Positions 36,876 to 52,737 of a stretch of 64,000 bases of DNA are shown here, piece after piece. The DNA is from Octopus vulgaris (taxonomy: Eukaryota): positions 38,378,001 through 38,442,000 of the forward strand of contig OX597826.1 of assembly GCA_951406725.2 (NCBI GenBank), read 5' to 3'. Position numbers and translations under genes: made by a program. The number at the start of each line of letters is the position of its first letter. The stretch's first letter is position 1. Below the pieces are notes generated by a model. It had not been told where the DNA came from, made no database searches, and saw only the letters and a list, made by a program, of their open reading frames with translations.

Positions 36876-39221
36876 AGTTTATGCTCTGATACCTCAATGG
36901 TCCCAAATATCTATTAATGGATACACATCCCCCTACATCAAAGGCTCAACACTTATATATTAATGTAGCAATTGTCAACCAATGTGCTTTGTGGGATTAT
37001 TGTGCCATAGATTGCCCACAGGTGTGCTGCATGTCTTTGAGGTGAGTCAGAAAATACCAGGGTGTTTAGGAAACTTTAGTGTTTTAAGGCACAACATTGG
37101 TGCATATGTGTTTCTTTGAGGCTAAGTGCAACACATACACTCATTTTGTTTTTCTATGTAATAAAAAGAATAAAACATTTAAAATAGTCATGGTATGTCA
37201 TAACAGTTTTGGCAATTTGTTTAGTAAGTTATCGATTAAAACAGCTGAAAATTGTTGCATCAGTGAATCAAGGTTTATATATCAAAGTCTCAAGGGTCAA
37301 GATCCAGATATCAGAGGCTCAAGACATACGTTAAGGGATTAAGAATGATGTAAAAATATGGTCATGATTTAAAAGGTCAGAGTTTATAGTCTGAGAGAGA
37401 CAGAGGAGAGAATGTATTGATTCCAAAACAGTTTTCAAACAATTAATCACATGATAAACATTGATGAGATTAGAGGAGTTGAGTAGAAAGATATTACTGG
37501 AATGTCTGGAAGTGAAAATCAAACAACTTTCAGTCGATAACATTAATTAAAAAATATTAATCTTCTTAGATTTTACATGATTTAAAAGTTGAAAACAGTT
37601 TTAGTTATCATAGCTTGTTACTTTATATCTACTGCTGATATCATGTTGAGTCTTTGGACATTTAAATTCTATATGCTACAGTACAGCTAATGTAGAGAAT
37701 GAGTTCTAGAATTTGGGGGAAATTTTTATCTGGAATGGATGATCAACCTATTATATTTCCACATACAGACACACATACAAACAAGTACATAGAGAGAACA
37801 AAACATCAATATATGCATACATCCCAAATAAATATGTACACTCACAGACACACATACACATCCATGAGTATATCTTCATACACACACACATACACACACC
37901 CATATATATATACACACACACACATATATATACACAAACACAAATATATACACACACACATCAAAATGTAAATGAACATATTCACATATATACAATACTC
38001 AACATAAACATTAAACATTATATACACTTGATATTCGATATATACATAACATTATATATGCATTTGACAATCATGCTCTTTGCCATCACTCTGCTCAACA
38101 AACATACATTAAATATATACATATATACAAATATATTCTCTAAACAAACCAAGCTTATCAATAAATGCCTAATAAACATTCTTAGCTTATTAATACAATC
38201 ATTTGTTTAATTGAGATTTTACAATTCCTAAAATACGACAGAAGCCATTTTGGCTTTTTGTTTTAATTTGAAAGGTCTCTGAGAATTGGAAAGCAGTCTC
38301 CAGTGTGAGATAAAAAGAAGAAAGAATTGAGTGTGAAACCTAAGAGACATCAATTTACTTCATGGTAAAGAATATCTTGAAATATTGAAGTGGGGGGGGA
38401 TGGGGAGGAAAGGGGAATACAATTTGTTAGGGTAACAGAAAATGATCTGGAAAGGTGACATGGACATCGAGGTTATCATGAAACAGAAGGTGGCTGGGGG
38501 GGGGGGCAAAATATTGATTAGTAATTATATCGAGGACTCTATCAAAACAACAAACATTAACATGCATACACACACACACACACACACACATATAAACAAA
38601 CATCACGCATGCACACATATCTATTTACATTGCATCACACAAATCTACATAGTGTCCATACATTATCTTAACAACTTCCACACTTCTACACTTCAAATTG
38701 TAAAGGTAATTTATGGACACCCTGTATACTCCTGCAAGAAGACTGTACAATAATATACAAGGTTAATGATTTGTAAAGAAATGAATTGTAAAGAAATTGT
38801 AAAGAAATGAATTTATTAATTATGAAAAAGTTTCTATGGGAAAGAAGAAGCCATGAAACTGAGACTCTAGAATGTGTGTGTGTGTGCGTGTGTGTGTGTG
38901 TGCGTGCGAGCGTGTGTGTGTGTCTATATGCATGTATGTGTTGTGTGTGTGTGTATTTGTATGTTTGCTGTGTAGTGGCAAACATCACAGGTAGTTAATA
39001 GACTTATACATAACTACTATTGTTGTGTGTGCCCCCCCCTCCCTCTCTCTCTGTCCCTGATCTGGTACATACCCTTCACTAAGACTAGTCGTGGTTCAAC
39101 TAAGTTTGCGAGTCAGACACTTGTTAATAAACATTTTTACTAGATTCCAATCTTGGTCTTATACAGCAGCAGCATCAGTGGAAGAAGGAGATAATGTTGG
39201 AAATACTAAACTTTGGTCTGT

Positions 39222-39321
39222 CTAAAGTGACTTGGTGCCTTTCATTAAAACTGCAGTCTTCTCATTGACTGAACTCACAGGAGGTGTTAAGCGGCTGCTA
39301 AGATTGTTTGCTTTGGAGAAT
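39222..39321 (-). CDS. CEP135: CEP135 terminal coding exon
   Basis: ttgtag acceptor, phase matches; FSKANNLSSRLTPP...GTKSL*; weakly conserved sequence. Confidence 0.7.
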
Positions 39322-42300
39322 CTACAAAATAAAGACATAAAACCACAATTAGATTAGAAAAACTAAAAAGGTTCCTGGCATACAATCAGGTTTTAGTTTT
39401 TAATAGATAAGTCATTGATTTTATTCACTGCTATTTAGAGTTGCAATGAAAGCAATTCAAACAACCAGCACCTACAACTCGAAATGGCTCAAGAAGAGGA
39501 GCAAGGATTGTCCAGTGTATTTAGCTTTAGTTTAACCCTTTCATTCATTACCAACCCGGCTGAAACCGCCTCTGGCTCTGAGTATAAATGTCTTGTTTTC
39601 ATAAGTTTTGAATTAAAATCTTCCACTAAACCTTTGTCACAATTTATGTTCCAAACACTAGCTGAATGATAACAAAGTTATTTTACGAAATTCTTTGTAA
39701 TATTTAAAGTAATTGAAAAAAAACACAAAAGGTTGAGGCTTCTAAGGAGTTATAGAGGGCATCGGTACCATAGGCCACCCCCACCCCCCAATTGAGAACC
39801 TAGTTTGAGTATTTGTAACTCCTCTAAATCCACTCATGGGCCAGAAGGTGATATGAAACTGTGACCAACAAAATCCCTCTCACTAATCTGGAAGACTCTG
39901 CAGGGGCATAAGCACAGCTCCCAACTCTTTGGGACACTCAACAAAAGAGACAAACAATTCTCCTACTACCTCGAAAGGGCCTATAATAGCCACGGGCAGT
40001 GCTTTCACCTCTTTAGGAGAGTCAACAGAGGCTCTAGGTACTTCCCCTACTTCTAGGAGGGCTTAAAAAAGGCCATGGGCACTGCCTCTACCTTAAATAG
40101 ACAAAAAGGAAAGAGATTCATCGTTCTGAGGGATCAACCTTGTTAAACAATGGATTACCATCAAATAATATGTAATCAGCAGTAACTTTGAATGTGTGTT
40201 GAATGGGGACTCTTGTATGGTGGTCTTATATAGTCACTTTGTATGGTGGCCCTGAATGACCTATATGGTCACTTTGTATGGTGGCCCTGAATGACCTCCT
40301 ATATACTCACTTTGTATGATAGCCCTGAATGATCTCCTATATAATCACCTTGTATGGTGGCCATGAATGATTTATATAGTCACTTTGTGTGATGACCCTG
40401 AATGATCTTCTATATAATCACTTTGTATGGAGGCCCTGAATGATCTATATAATAACCCTATATGATGATCCTATACAGAGGCCCTCTATGGTAACCCAAC
40501 ACAAGGACCCAAAACTGTCCCATTTTGCCAATATATAAATATTTAAAAAAAAGAAAAACGTTTGATACTTTTGTTGGTGAAAATATTCTTGATTTTTTTA
40601 GCACTGTATGTTGTGTTGTGGCTTTCATGCTTATGACTTATTGCATAACATCATCATAAATAACATCTTGATGATCTTTCAGAATTTAAACAGGGACCCA
40701 GTCAGTGTTGAGTTTATTAAAAATGTAACCAGAAATAAATGGAATGACAACAAGTGCTGAAGAAAACAGTAAACCAAATACAAAATGACTGAGGAATGAA
40801 ACTCAAAAGTGGGGAAAAATTAAACTTATTTCAACAAAATCAACTGTAGAGAAAATGATAACTTACTTGGACGGACTTGTGGATCTGGAAATACTTGAAT
40901 AATCTCCAGTAATTGGTGGAGAAATACCATGACGACGAAGTTCTTGTACAGCACGCTCACTAATAAGAACAAAAATAGGGACTGTAAGAAGCCTGACGGA
41001 TAATGGCCTGCATGATAAATTCTTCACTACATTCATTGCTAACTCTACCAGTCCTATACATGGTAAACACATCTCTCATAAATCATTCATCTACAGATAG
41101 TTTTCATAGCAGCCACCAAACTACAAATGGTGCTTTATCAAAGGTTTTCTGCAAAGTCAATGAGTGCGATCTTTAGGTAAGAATTCCTTCTGTGGTTGGT
41201 TTACAAGAAAGATGTATCAGTCGTGTCCCACCCTAACACAAACCTGAACAGCATCTTCTTCTCGAAACTAATTCTTTTCCTAATCAGCTCTTTCTATTGC
41301 ATTTATAAGCTGGTCGAAAAAGGAAGATATGGAATCTTAAAGAGTCAACAAAAGCCACAGGTTTAGAGAAACAGTTGACAAACAGGAAGAGGAGAAGGAA
41401 ACTTAGAATACAGAGGGTAGCCTCTTAAGGGTTATCAAATAGATCTTTAGCTGGGGCAAGGTTCAAGGCAGGTGGAAAGGGGACATTTTGGTGGAAGTGT
41501 ACTGTAGATATATCCATACAAAATTAAGAAACAGGATTAGAGAAATTGGAAGAAAGTAGGTAGCAAAGGACATTACAAAGTAGTTAAAAAAATCGGTATT
41601 TATGTGGATGACATCTCTAAGTTATTAAACCAATTCTAGTTTTCTAGTCTAACAAGTCTACATATTTGTACATTCACTTCTATTACTACTTCAGTAAGTT
41701 CAGGGTGAAATCTGACTTGCTGAAGAGGCTATAAGACTAGAACACGTACAGTTATTTCCTTTGCATCTCCATATATATAAACGGTAAAATGTCTGTCTGT
41801 GTGTCCTTTATACAAATCCACAAATTTTCAGTTAGAGGGCTCGCACTTTCTATGGTCATTCAAAACCATCCAAGGGTGGTCGTGCACATCTTTACATTTC
41901 CCCAGTCACCCCGCAAAGCCATTAAAAAATCAATAGAAGTGACGTTTTTGTGAATTTTCTATCCAAAACCCAATCAAAATGCCTGAAACTTGATACGCCA
42001 ATTGAATGCCAGCTCGCTGTATGTGATTGGTTGGAAATTTGGACAGTACTCGCATGTATGTGCACACGCACGCATCTGTATATGCATGCACTAGCACTAA
42101 TATCAGTTTTTGTCTCCCTGCTTAATTAGCTCTAGTTAGATTATTCTGTAATTATAACATTAACTAATTAGTTGTTTTTTTAAGTCTGTAGCAAAATTGA
42201 TGATGAACTTCCCAGGTAGCTATGATTTGGATGATGAGAGAAAAAAAAAGATAAATTTCACAAGTGATTTTATAAAAACTAAAATGTTGCTATTTTAATA

Positions 42301-42581
42301 GCAACTTATCACATACCGTTCGAATTTCTCACTGGTTAGCTGTCGTCGAAATCGTTCTATATCTCCTTCCAGTTCAACATTCCTTGTCCGAAGAGAAGCA
42401 ATGTCTCTGCTCTGGCTTTGACTAAAAAAGACAAAATTCTTTCTTTACAAGAAAATTATTTATCTTTGATGCAGATAATAAACACCCAACAAGCCAAATG
42501 GTGCTTTTAACGTTCCACTGGCACAATTGCCAATCAGGTGGTACTGTCATTGGCCAGGTCAGCAATTTTGATGTGAGTGTA

Positions 42582-42614
<33 letters not shown>

Positions 42615-43456
42615 GGGAAATAAGTAGAAGGGTTTGATAGCAAAATGCAATAAATCCATTTCCACTGGATTGAGGGGAGTAAGTTTTTCTCTTACAAATA
42701 TTTCTTGGGACGCCACACCCATTTTATTTGTGATTATCTAACTCTATAGAAATATGAAAATCACACATTCACCTAAAATCTTGGTATGCAAGATTTCATG
42801 GAAAATCAATGCATTTAATTGATTTTTCGTCCAAACACAATCTTTTTTATTGCCACATATACATACCATAGAGTTGGCTTCATAACTAGGGGACTGCCAT
42901 GTTGGACAAATCGAGCACCCTGATTAACCAGGTGAATATATTTCATTTTGTGGTGAAAGAGTAATGGCGTTTATTGTGTTTTGCGATAAAAGTTACTTTT
43001 TAACACGAAAAAGCTGGAGATATGATTCATAGCGCAAAAAACTAATTATGCAATAAAGTTCCCACTTCCATGGACAATAGATTGATAACAACATCTACAA
43101 AAACATTATTTTGGCACTTATTGCATTTTGCAATCAACCTATTGATATATCATCATCATCACCATCATCCTTTAACGTCTGTTTTTCATGCTGGTATGAG
43201 TTGGATGGTTTGACTGAGGACCGGCAAGCCAGTAGGCTGTACCAGGCTCCAATCTGATTTGGCAAAGTTTCTACAGCTGGATGCCTTTCCTAATGCCAAC
43301 CACTCCAAGCATGTAGTGGGTGCTTTTTACGTGCCACCAGCACAGGAGCCAGTCCAGGGGCACTGGAAGCGATCACATTCAGATAGCACTTTTTACATTC
43401 CACCGGCACGGGGAGCCAGTCATGCGTCACTGGCATCAACTCAAGCTTGAATGGTG

Positions 43457-43500
<44 letters not shown>

Positions 43501-45549
43501 ACACGCATATACACACAATGCACACACATATTTTCTAATGTACTTTGAGGTAGACTATGTGCCTGAAAAAAAATGGATAGATGATCATAGCTGATGTGTC
43601 TTAAATCCTAATTATGCATCACCAAGCCTGACCCAGGGTTAAACAACAATAGCAATATATAACAGACAACCAAGAAATAGTGAGCTAAGGAAACCTGTAT
43701 GTAGTCACTCAACTTGCTAGAAATAAGAGCCAAATTGCTTTTAAATCACTTTATACTTCTTAGAAAATTTATGTGTTAGACAATGTAGCGGCTGGTTCCC
43801 TGGATTTAGGAAAACGATGGGATGGCCATGGCCTACTCAATTTGAGTTAACTTGGGGTTAACCAGCAGCAAAAACAGAAGCAGCAACAACAATAACAGCA
43901 ACAACAGAAGCAGCAGCAACAATAATAGCAAAAACAGATGCAGCAGCAACAGTGGAGGTGCAATGGCCCAATGATTAGGGCAGCAGACTCGCAATCGGAG
44001 GATCGTGGTTTCGATTCCCAGACCAGGCGTTGTGTGTGCTTATTGAGCAAAAACACCTAAAGCTCCACAAGGCTCCGGCAATGGGTGGTGGTGACTCCTG
44101 TTGTACTCTTTCGCTCCAACTTTCTCTCACTCTTTCTTCCTGTTTCTTGTCCCCGACTTCCTATGCAACCGCTGAGCCTGGATGCGCATTCATCCATCCG
44201 TCGATGCTCTCGGTGTCAGGGGTTGACCTGCTTTCTCTTCTGCGGGTCTTACGAATAGCAAAGGACCACGTTTTGGACTTCTCCCATTTTGCGAGCTCTG
44301 GGACGAAGACCGTTCGCTCAACAGCAACAGCAGCAGCAACAACAACAAAAACAGCAATATCAAGACAACGAGGAAGGCTCTAAGCAAAATACTTGATTTG
44401 CTGGACATAGCAGTCGAATCTCCATCAACTCATAACTTCATGTCTTATGGAAAGAACACATTGAATATTGCAGTCCTAGAAACACTACATCTAGAGGTCG
44501 GGGATTAAAAAAATACAAACAAGGTTGTCACTTCTGGAATGCCTCTTGTCCTACGACTAACCTAAGACAAAACAACAACAACGAAATACATTTTCAATAG
44601 ACGTGACTCACAGTTTACTTTCATTAAGAGTCAATCGATCTTTTAACTGTTTCAGCTCAGCATTACGTTCTTGAAATTCCAATTGGGAATGGAATTCCTT
44701 TTCTCTGTTATTCTGAAGCAATTCTTCCAAATTTTTAACACTTTTTCTTTCGGTAGAAAGCTGTTCGCGTAATGTGTCGGCCTCTTGTTTCATATCAAGG
44801 ATTTGGGAATGCAACTGGCAGGAAAATAGAAAATCACTTAATTTTCCATGAGAAGAATTCCATTGAATAAGACAACGATTAGAAAAACACTTCTATATAG
44901 AATTACTACAACAGGTGAAACAGAATATAAAAGAAGAGTAGGTGCCAACACAGGTATGAGGAAACAACAGATCGGATTTTAGAAAGTTGGATGGAAGGCC
45001 TTGCAGTATTTGTTGCAGATCTCCTGGTCTTGGGTTCAAATTCAATAGAGGTTGAATATACCTGTCATCGTTTTGAAGTTGATACATAAAGTGACTGGGG
45101 TCATGCATATCTCTATATACACACATGTAGATAACAGACAAAAACATTCTCTTCGAGGTTTGTATTAAAGGCAAAGAAGTTTTCTTTGAAACTTATATCT
45201 CAGTGAATGAAACAAAAGCACAAATAAAGAATTATCCAAAATATATAAATATATGCATCAATTTGATGAACAGTTTTAGTATAATTGACTGTTATGAACA
45301 TTTAAACTTGTCAACTTCGAAATTTTTAAACATGTTTTTCTAATTCATAATTCTACATTTGTCTGTTATGAACATTTAAACTTGTCAACATTGAAACTTT
45401 TAAAGATGTTTTTCTTATTCATAATTCTAAATTTTTACCATTGATAAACAAAAAATATTGTTGAAACCAGTTTGGTACATATGTAAATAAATTTATTTTA
45501 AACAATTACAAGTTTTTCAAATTTAGGTGCATTTTCAACAACAAATTTG

Positions 45550-45592
<43 letters not shown>

Positions 45593-48500
45593 TCACCCAC
45601 TGATACCAGACATCTCAAAAGTAAATAGGCGATCCTCATTGTGTGTGTGTGATATATAAAGAGAGAGGGGAGGAATTTATTCACTTTCAAGATGTCTGTG
45701 TGTCTATGTATAAATGAACACACTTAATGCACAAGGTACATTCTTTCCCAATTGTGGAATTGCTTCTGTGACACTCCTCCGTAATTGTCCATCTGGCAAA
45801 AACTTCTCCCCTTAGACTTGAAATTCTGCACCAGGAAGCAAAATACCACCCATTTGAGAATCATTGGAACAGGTGCTTGTGTTCTTCCTCATACCACTGA
45901 TATAACATTTATAGAACTGGATTTTTAAAATCTTTGAATTTATTTAAAAACAACTTCAGAAAAGAAAATCTGCTCCTCTTTGGCTTTTGCTTCAACATTT
46001 TAATAAAAGGATTTGAATGAATTTCACTGGTCAGCAAATATTTAACATTAAACTCCCTTACTTGGCCCAAACATTGCCTGGGAATAGAGACTGGACCCCC
46101 TTATCTCCACCCAAACTGCAAAAATATATTACATACACAAAACATTTATTGATGTAATAATTTAATTGAATAAACTTGATTAGTTTAATTAGCCCTACCT
46201 GTTCTTTTTCCACAGAAACAGCTGTAACCTGTCTCTGTAATGACTCTTTGGATGCTTCCAAGCGGCAACAAAGATCTCGAACTGCATTAATATCTTGAGT
46301 CAAGTTTTGTTTCTCATCATCATACTGCTGAAGATTCTCTTCCAGTTTTGACAAAGTACGATTCAAATTGGAAACTTGGAGTTCATAAGCTTGCTGTGCT
46401 CCTAGGTGCTATAAAAGACAAAGGACAATATTGTAGATATCTTCTTGTTTTTCCATCTCACATGATCATAAGATCAGATCTTACGGATGTGTTTGTATTT
46501 TGCAGGGAGAGACTGGACCCAACCAGAAACACTAAAGTGAAATGGGAACTTCTTTTCTTTGATTTTGGAACAGTCCAATCTGGAGTTGCCATTATTGGAT
46601 TCCATCTTATTGTTTGGATGATTTGGAAAATATCACAAAGAATACAAAAGGCTGCACATTTACAAAGTGAAAACAACAAGAGTTTCGTATTTTGGCACAA
46701 GACCAGCAATTTTTTGCAGGGCGGGGGGGGAGACATTTAGTTGATTACATCAAGTTCATTTATTTATTTTTTGGATTAATTATTACGCTACTGGATCAGG
46801 TGCTAAATCTATAAAGAATTGAAGATGTAAAGAAAATGTATTTCAAACTAACCTCATGAATTTCTATATCCATGCGTTCCAGCTTCTCTTTAAGCATTCT
46901 AATTTCAGATTCTTTCGAAATAACTTCTAAACGAAGATTTGAACCCTCAGTCTCCAGTTGATGATTGGTATTTTGGTACTGCTCCGCTTCAGCAGACAAA
47001 GTACGATATTGCTCCAGCATGTCAGAGCGTTCTTGTTCCTGAAAGAGACACGACCAATTTTGCTTTGTTTCAAATTTACTTCAAATCTCTTCTAAATAAG
47101 GAACATTTCCTGACATTAATCTAAAAAATTCACAGAAGTTTCAAGTAAAACACTGACCTTTGATGACAGCAAATCGCCAACTCTTTGCACTTCCATCATG
47201 TAGCTTTGAATTTGCTTCTTTAAAGAATCTTTCTCTTCTAAACAATTTTGCAGATCTTTATTGATAACCTGACAGAAAACATAGGGAAAACATCTTCAAG
47301 TCTCACCAACATATCGCAACACATTAATACAAAACTATTTTGCTTATTCTTCTCATTTTCAGCATATAAATTGCCTCACCATCCATCCATCCATCCAACT
47401 TTAGACATAATTATCTGTAACTTGATACAATAAAGTGTTCCCTGAGGATCCATTATTGTTGAGCATCAAAATGCATTTGGGACATCTATCACAGGGCTCT
47501 AAACAATCAGAATGGTGAAATGCACATAAGACTGCAATTTCACTTGGCTTGATAGGTCTCTGCTCAAGCACAGAATAATGCCAAAGGGGTTGGTCATTCG
47601 TCATTGCTTCCACAAGACCCAACACTCGAAAGGTGCTTTTCACATGCCACTGGCATCGGCCACTTTGTCTCTGTGGGGCCCAATGCTCAAAAGGTGCTTT
47701 TTATGTGCCACTGGCATGGGTGCCAGTTATGTGACACCAGCATCAGCCAGAATTATGCTTTCACTGAGTTTGATGAGCCCTATCAAGCACAGCATATTAC
47801 CAGAGACCTCGGTCACTAGTCATTGCCTCTGTAAGGCCCAAAGCTTGAAGATCATGCTTCACCACCTTATCTATATGTCCAAACTATTAAAGGAGTAGCA
47901 TTAAAATTCTGCAGAACTATTTATTCAAGCAAAAATTTCCTACTTGATTTTCACTTGTCATTACAGCTAAGTCTTCTTGAAGCCGTTTATTCTCACGTAG
48001 AACTGCATCTTTATTGCGACTGGTTTCGTTGAATTCATCAGACATCTTATCAAGCTGCCTCTTTATACTCTTCATCTCACGTTCTTTTAGAGAAAGACTG
48101 CTGTTCACATGTCTACAACAAAAGAAGAATGACAGAATATTACAACAGAAGAAGAACAGAATATTACAACAGAAGAAGAATGACAGAATATTACAACAGA
48201 AGAAGAACAGAATATTATAACAGAAGAAGAATGACAGAATATTACGAGAAAAGAACAACAGAAGAAGAATGACAGAATATTAACCCTTTAGCATTCAGTT
48301 TATTCTGTCAAATGTAATATTTATTTATTCACATTATTTTGTGTTAATCAGACATTATCTCAGAGTTTCAAGATTTCAATAATGTGAGTGCTTATTTTTA
48401 GAATGACATTATAGGATAAGTGTAAGATGCCAGATCTGTCCTATTTGAACATAAAACAGGTAGAATATTTGGGCTGGATATGACTGCTAAAGAGTTAAAA

Positions 48501-50652
48501 CAGAAAAAGAATGACAGAATATTATAACAGAAGAAGAATGACAGAATATTTCAGAGAATATCAAATACTAAAGGATAAGAGAAACTGCAAACGACCAACA
48601 TCACAATTCTATATTCAGCCCAAACCTTCATTTTAATGTCCACATTTCCATGCATGTATGGGTGAGGAAGAATTCACAGGGGTCAATATTCTATAGTCAA
48701 ACATCCTTCTGGTCAACAACCCTGTTTGCAAGCAAAGTAGTATTTCCAAATGGCCAGAAAATGTTTTTACAGAAAGTAAGAAACAAACGACACTGCTTGT
48801 ATGACAGTGACACTCATTTACAACTGTCATGAGATGTCAAGGCAAGGCAACACATACACACACTTTCACACACACACACACATATATATACATTTAATCT
48901 TTTGAACTAATGGGTATATGTCGATTAGTGTGTTGAAGTGATGCGTAGGGTAGTGGCACAGTTAGGGCTGCCTGGTGTCATCTACAGTTGGGGTATATTT
49001 CTATTGGATCTACTACAGGAACTTGGCTGTGTTAGTTGAGATAATAATAATAGTAATTTCTTAAGTAACCAGAAGATGGATTTGGTATTAATCTTTATTT
49101 TGTACAATGGTCATTTCGACCCATCCTGCTACTGTCCCTTATGGGTGGGACTCTGTTCAACATGCTGTGTTGCATCCATTTTGCAGTCTGGGTCTCATCA
49201 GGCACATACATACATAAAGGTTTGTATCTCACTAAAGTTCCTGAGTTTAGGCTGTTGTGTTGTTATGTACCCATCTGATTAGGGAATGAAATAATGCTAC
49301 AATTTTCAATTACTATTATGTTTCTTTAATAAGAATTGCAGGCATTTGGCGATATAGACGAATAACTGTTGATAAAAAAAAAAAATAAATAAATCTGTAG
49401 GGGAAGTGAATGGATGGACAAGGATGGATTGAGTTTCATTGGGTTTAAGACAAAGGAAAGGCACTATAAAAAGGAAAGGGAAGATATATGCAGGCTAGAA
49501 TGTGTAGGGGGCGAAAGGTTGTTTAGCTAGCTTAGGTTGGGATGCATATACATACATTCTCGTACATACATTAACACAACGGACACCCATATGGTCAATT
49601 TTGGCCATAGTTCATATAATTTATGGTTGGAAGACAATCTCACCATAAGCTTGTCATCACAGTTACTGCAAGACTAGGGAAGCTCACAGACAGTCTGACT
49701 CATTCCACATCTATATCACTGAGGGTGAACCACACATCCCTACACCCATATATACACACCCACCTGCATAATACACTCACACATATACATACATACATAC
49801 ATACACATACATACACATGTCAATATGTATATATTTACACATACATATACATACACATACCCACCTACATACATTTTTATACACACACATACACAGGTGT
49901 AATCATATACCCATATATATACGCACACACATCTACACCTTCTTCCACCCTGTCACTTGCTCTCCTTTCCCCTATTCTTACACCTGGGTAACCATGTATC
50001 TTTTATATCCCTCTATCACAATCAAACTTCCCCTCATCCCTTGGCACAAAGCCATTTTCCTCAGCTAATGGGAGGAGGGGTGGAGAGGAGGAGGGGAGAT
50101 GAGGGGAGGAGGAGGGGAGATGAGGGGAGGAGGAGGGGAGATGAGGGGAGGAGGAGGGGGATGATGATGGTGATGATGATGATGAGGAGGAGGAGGAGGA
50201 GGGATTTGTAAAGAAGCTACTCACTCAAGCTGAGATTCAAGCTGACTGATTTGCACTTTAAAGTCACTTATGGTTCTGTCCTGAAAAAGACATAAGAAAA
50301 CAATGAACACACAAGGGAAATAAATTAAATTCAGTGCAACGTTCTAATAAGCATAGAACTTAACTTTCATACTCATGACTAATGAGAGAATAATAACAAC
50401 AATAATGATGGTTTCCTTTATTCATCTTTATTATAAAGATGAAACCAACAGACAACAATGATAGTCAACAATTTGTTTGGAGATTTACATAAAGGACAGG
50501 GAGAAGAAATGGAAAAAACTGTGAAAGGCAATAAAAGTATGCAAAGTATGTGGTCACATGACTGATGCAGTCCTCCTGATAAAGGAGAAACTTCAGCTAG
50601 GGCCAATCAAGGAACCCCACAGGCCCAGGATTATCCTGACCACCAAATGTCC

Positions 50653-50693
<41 letters not shown>

Positions 50694-51416
50694 TGAACAA
50701 TGACAACAGTAATAATAATTCATATTATTTCAGTTTTTATTCTTTCATATTCTTTTAAATATATAATAATAATAATAATAAATGCCCTGATGCAGTACCA
50801 GACAGTGGGTCTCATGGATTCTGATCTTAACTGATTGGAAGTGTTATCATGTACATTTCGCACTGGGGTCGATGTAATTGACTTAATCCCTTTGTCTGTC
50901 CTTGTTTGTCCCCTTTATGTTTAGCCCCTTGTGGGAAATAAAGAAATATATGAAAGATGGGCTACAACAAATATTCTGCTCAATACCACAGATTTGCTTG
51001 TCAGTTGTTTGACCTTAACCAGTTGAGCATGTCCCTTAGTGGCTGACGATATGTGCATCTCTGATCACAAGCAGAAGTAGTGGAGGAGCATCATAGCCAT
51101 GTGTTGAGAGGGATTCTGTAGGGTTTGAATAATTCACCTCTGGAAACATGGGTGTTTCGTTCAACATCCTTAAACAACCCTTACTCAGGGACCTTTTGAG
51201 CAGGATGGGTTACTCGACCAGAAGAAAAATTCTAACAGGGCCCCACCTGCAAGTGCAGCTTATCTTGATATGAGATCACCATGTCGCACACATATAGTTG
51301 TGATGCATGTGCCTAGTGTACCCTTATCAGACGGGTAGTCATGATGGGTATATTTTACTCCAGTGTCACTTTGATGACATGCACTGCTCTCTCACTCAAT
51401 AATAATAATAATAATG

Positions 51417-51448
<32 letters not shown>

Positions 51449-52683
51449 CCTTTCTACGAAAGGCACAAGGCCTGAAATTTGTAGGGAGGGGACAAGTTGA
51501 TTACATTGATCCCTATGTTTAACTGATACTTATTTAATCAACCATGAAAGGATAAAAGACAAAATCAACCTCAGCAGAATTTGAACTCAGAATCTAAAGA
51601 TTAGAAGAAATGCCACTAAGTATTTTACCTGATGTGCTAATGATTCTGACAGTTTGCCACCTTTTTGTTAATAATAATCCTTTCTCCTGTAGGCACAAGG
51701 CCTGAAATTTTGGGGAAGAAATTAAGTTAATTACATCGATCCCCAGTGCATAACTGGTACTTATTTAATTGACTCCGAAAGCATGAAAGGCAAAGTCGAT
51801 ATCGGTGGAATTTGAACTAGTAGAGCTGTTTCACACAAACAATAACAATTCCAAGTTGTGTGGACATAGACAAAATGGAATTATATGAAAACAAAGGGAG
51901 GAGTGGAGATGCAACACAATAAACCAAAAGAAATTAAAAAGAATCTCCAAAATAATTACAGCACATTATAAGCTGACGACATAATGCCAGAGAAATAATT
52001 AACAAACCTTTGCAAGAAGTTCCTCCCTAAAAACAGCCAAACGTTCTGTTTTTTCATCAACAGTCATCTGTAAAGAATCTTTCTCTCGATCCATGGCATT
52101 AATTGTAGACTGAAGCTGGTTGATTTCATTGCGGCTCTGGTGTGAAACTTTCTCATATTCTTGCAGTTGTTCTTCTAAATTGCTTATTTTGTGGGTTTGA
52201 TTATGAATGTCTTCTTCACGGTGGTTTAAACGGCGTTGGATTTCAGACAAAGAACGCTCTGCCTCTTCAGCTAAAAGTCTTTTAAAGAAATAATTTTTCA
52301 TGTTTTATAGAAAAATGAGTCAGTAGATTGGAAAGAATGAGTAAATAGATTCTGAAGAATGAAAAATTCCAAATACGTGTGTGTGTTATTCTCCCACCTG
52401 TATTCTACCTTTACTCTTTATTCTTCTATTTTATTCTTTATAAACTGTGAATATATTTCATTCCTTGTAAACTGTAAATTTTCCTTATCTAAAATGTTCA
52501 TACTTTGTCTCTGATGATGGAATACCAAGTGTGTGGACATGCTAACCTACCACTTGGGTTATCCCAGAAACAGCTGTAAGACTTCATATTCACCTTACCC
52601 TAATTAAATTATTCTAAATGACTTGAGGTACTCGTTCTGCCTTGGTTTTGATTCTTACTCTAATATAATATATATATATATAT

Positions 52684-52737
<54 letters not shown>

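Noticed and set aside
43953-44030. tRNA gene
   Set aside because: Acceptor stem does not close and the sequence continues into a SINE body.
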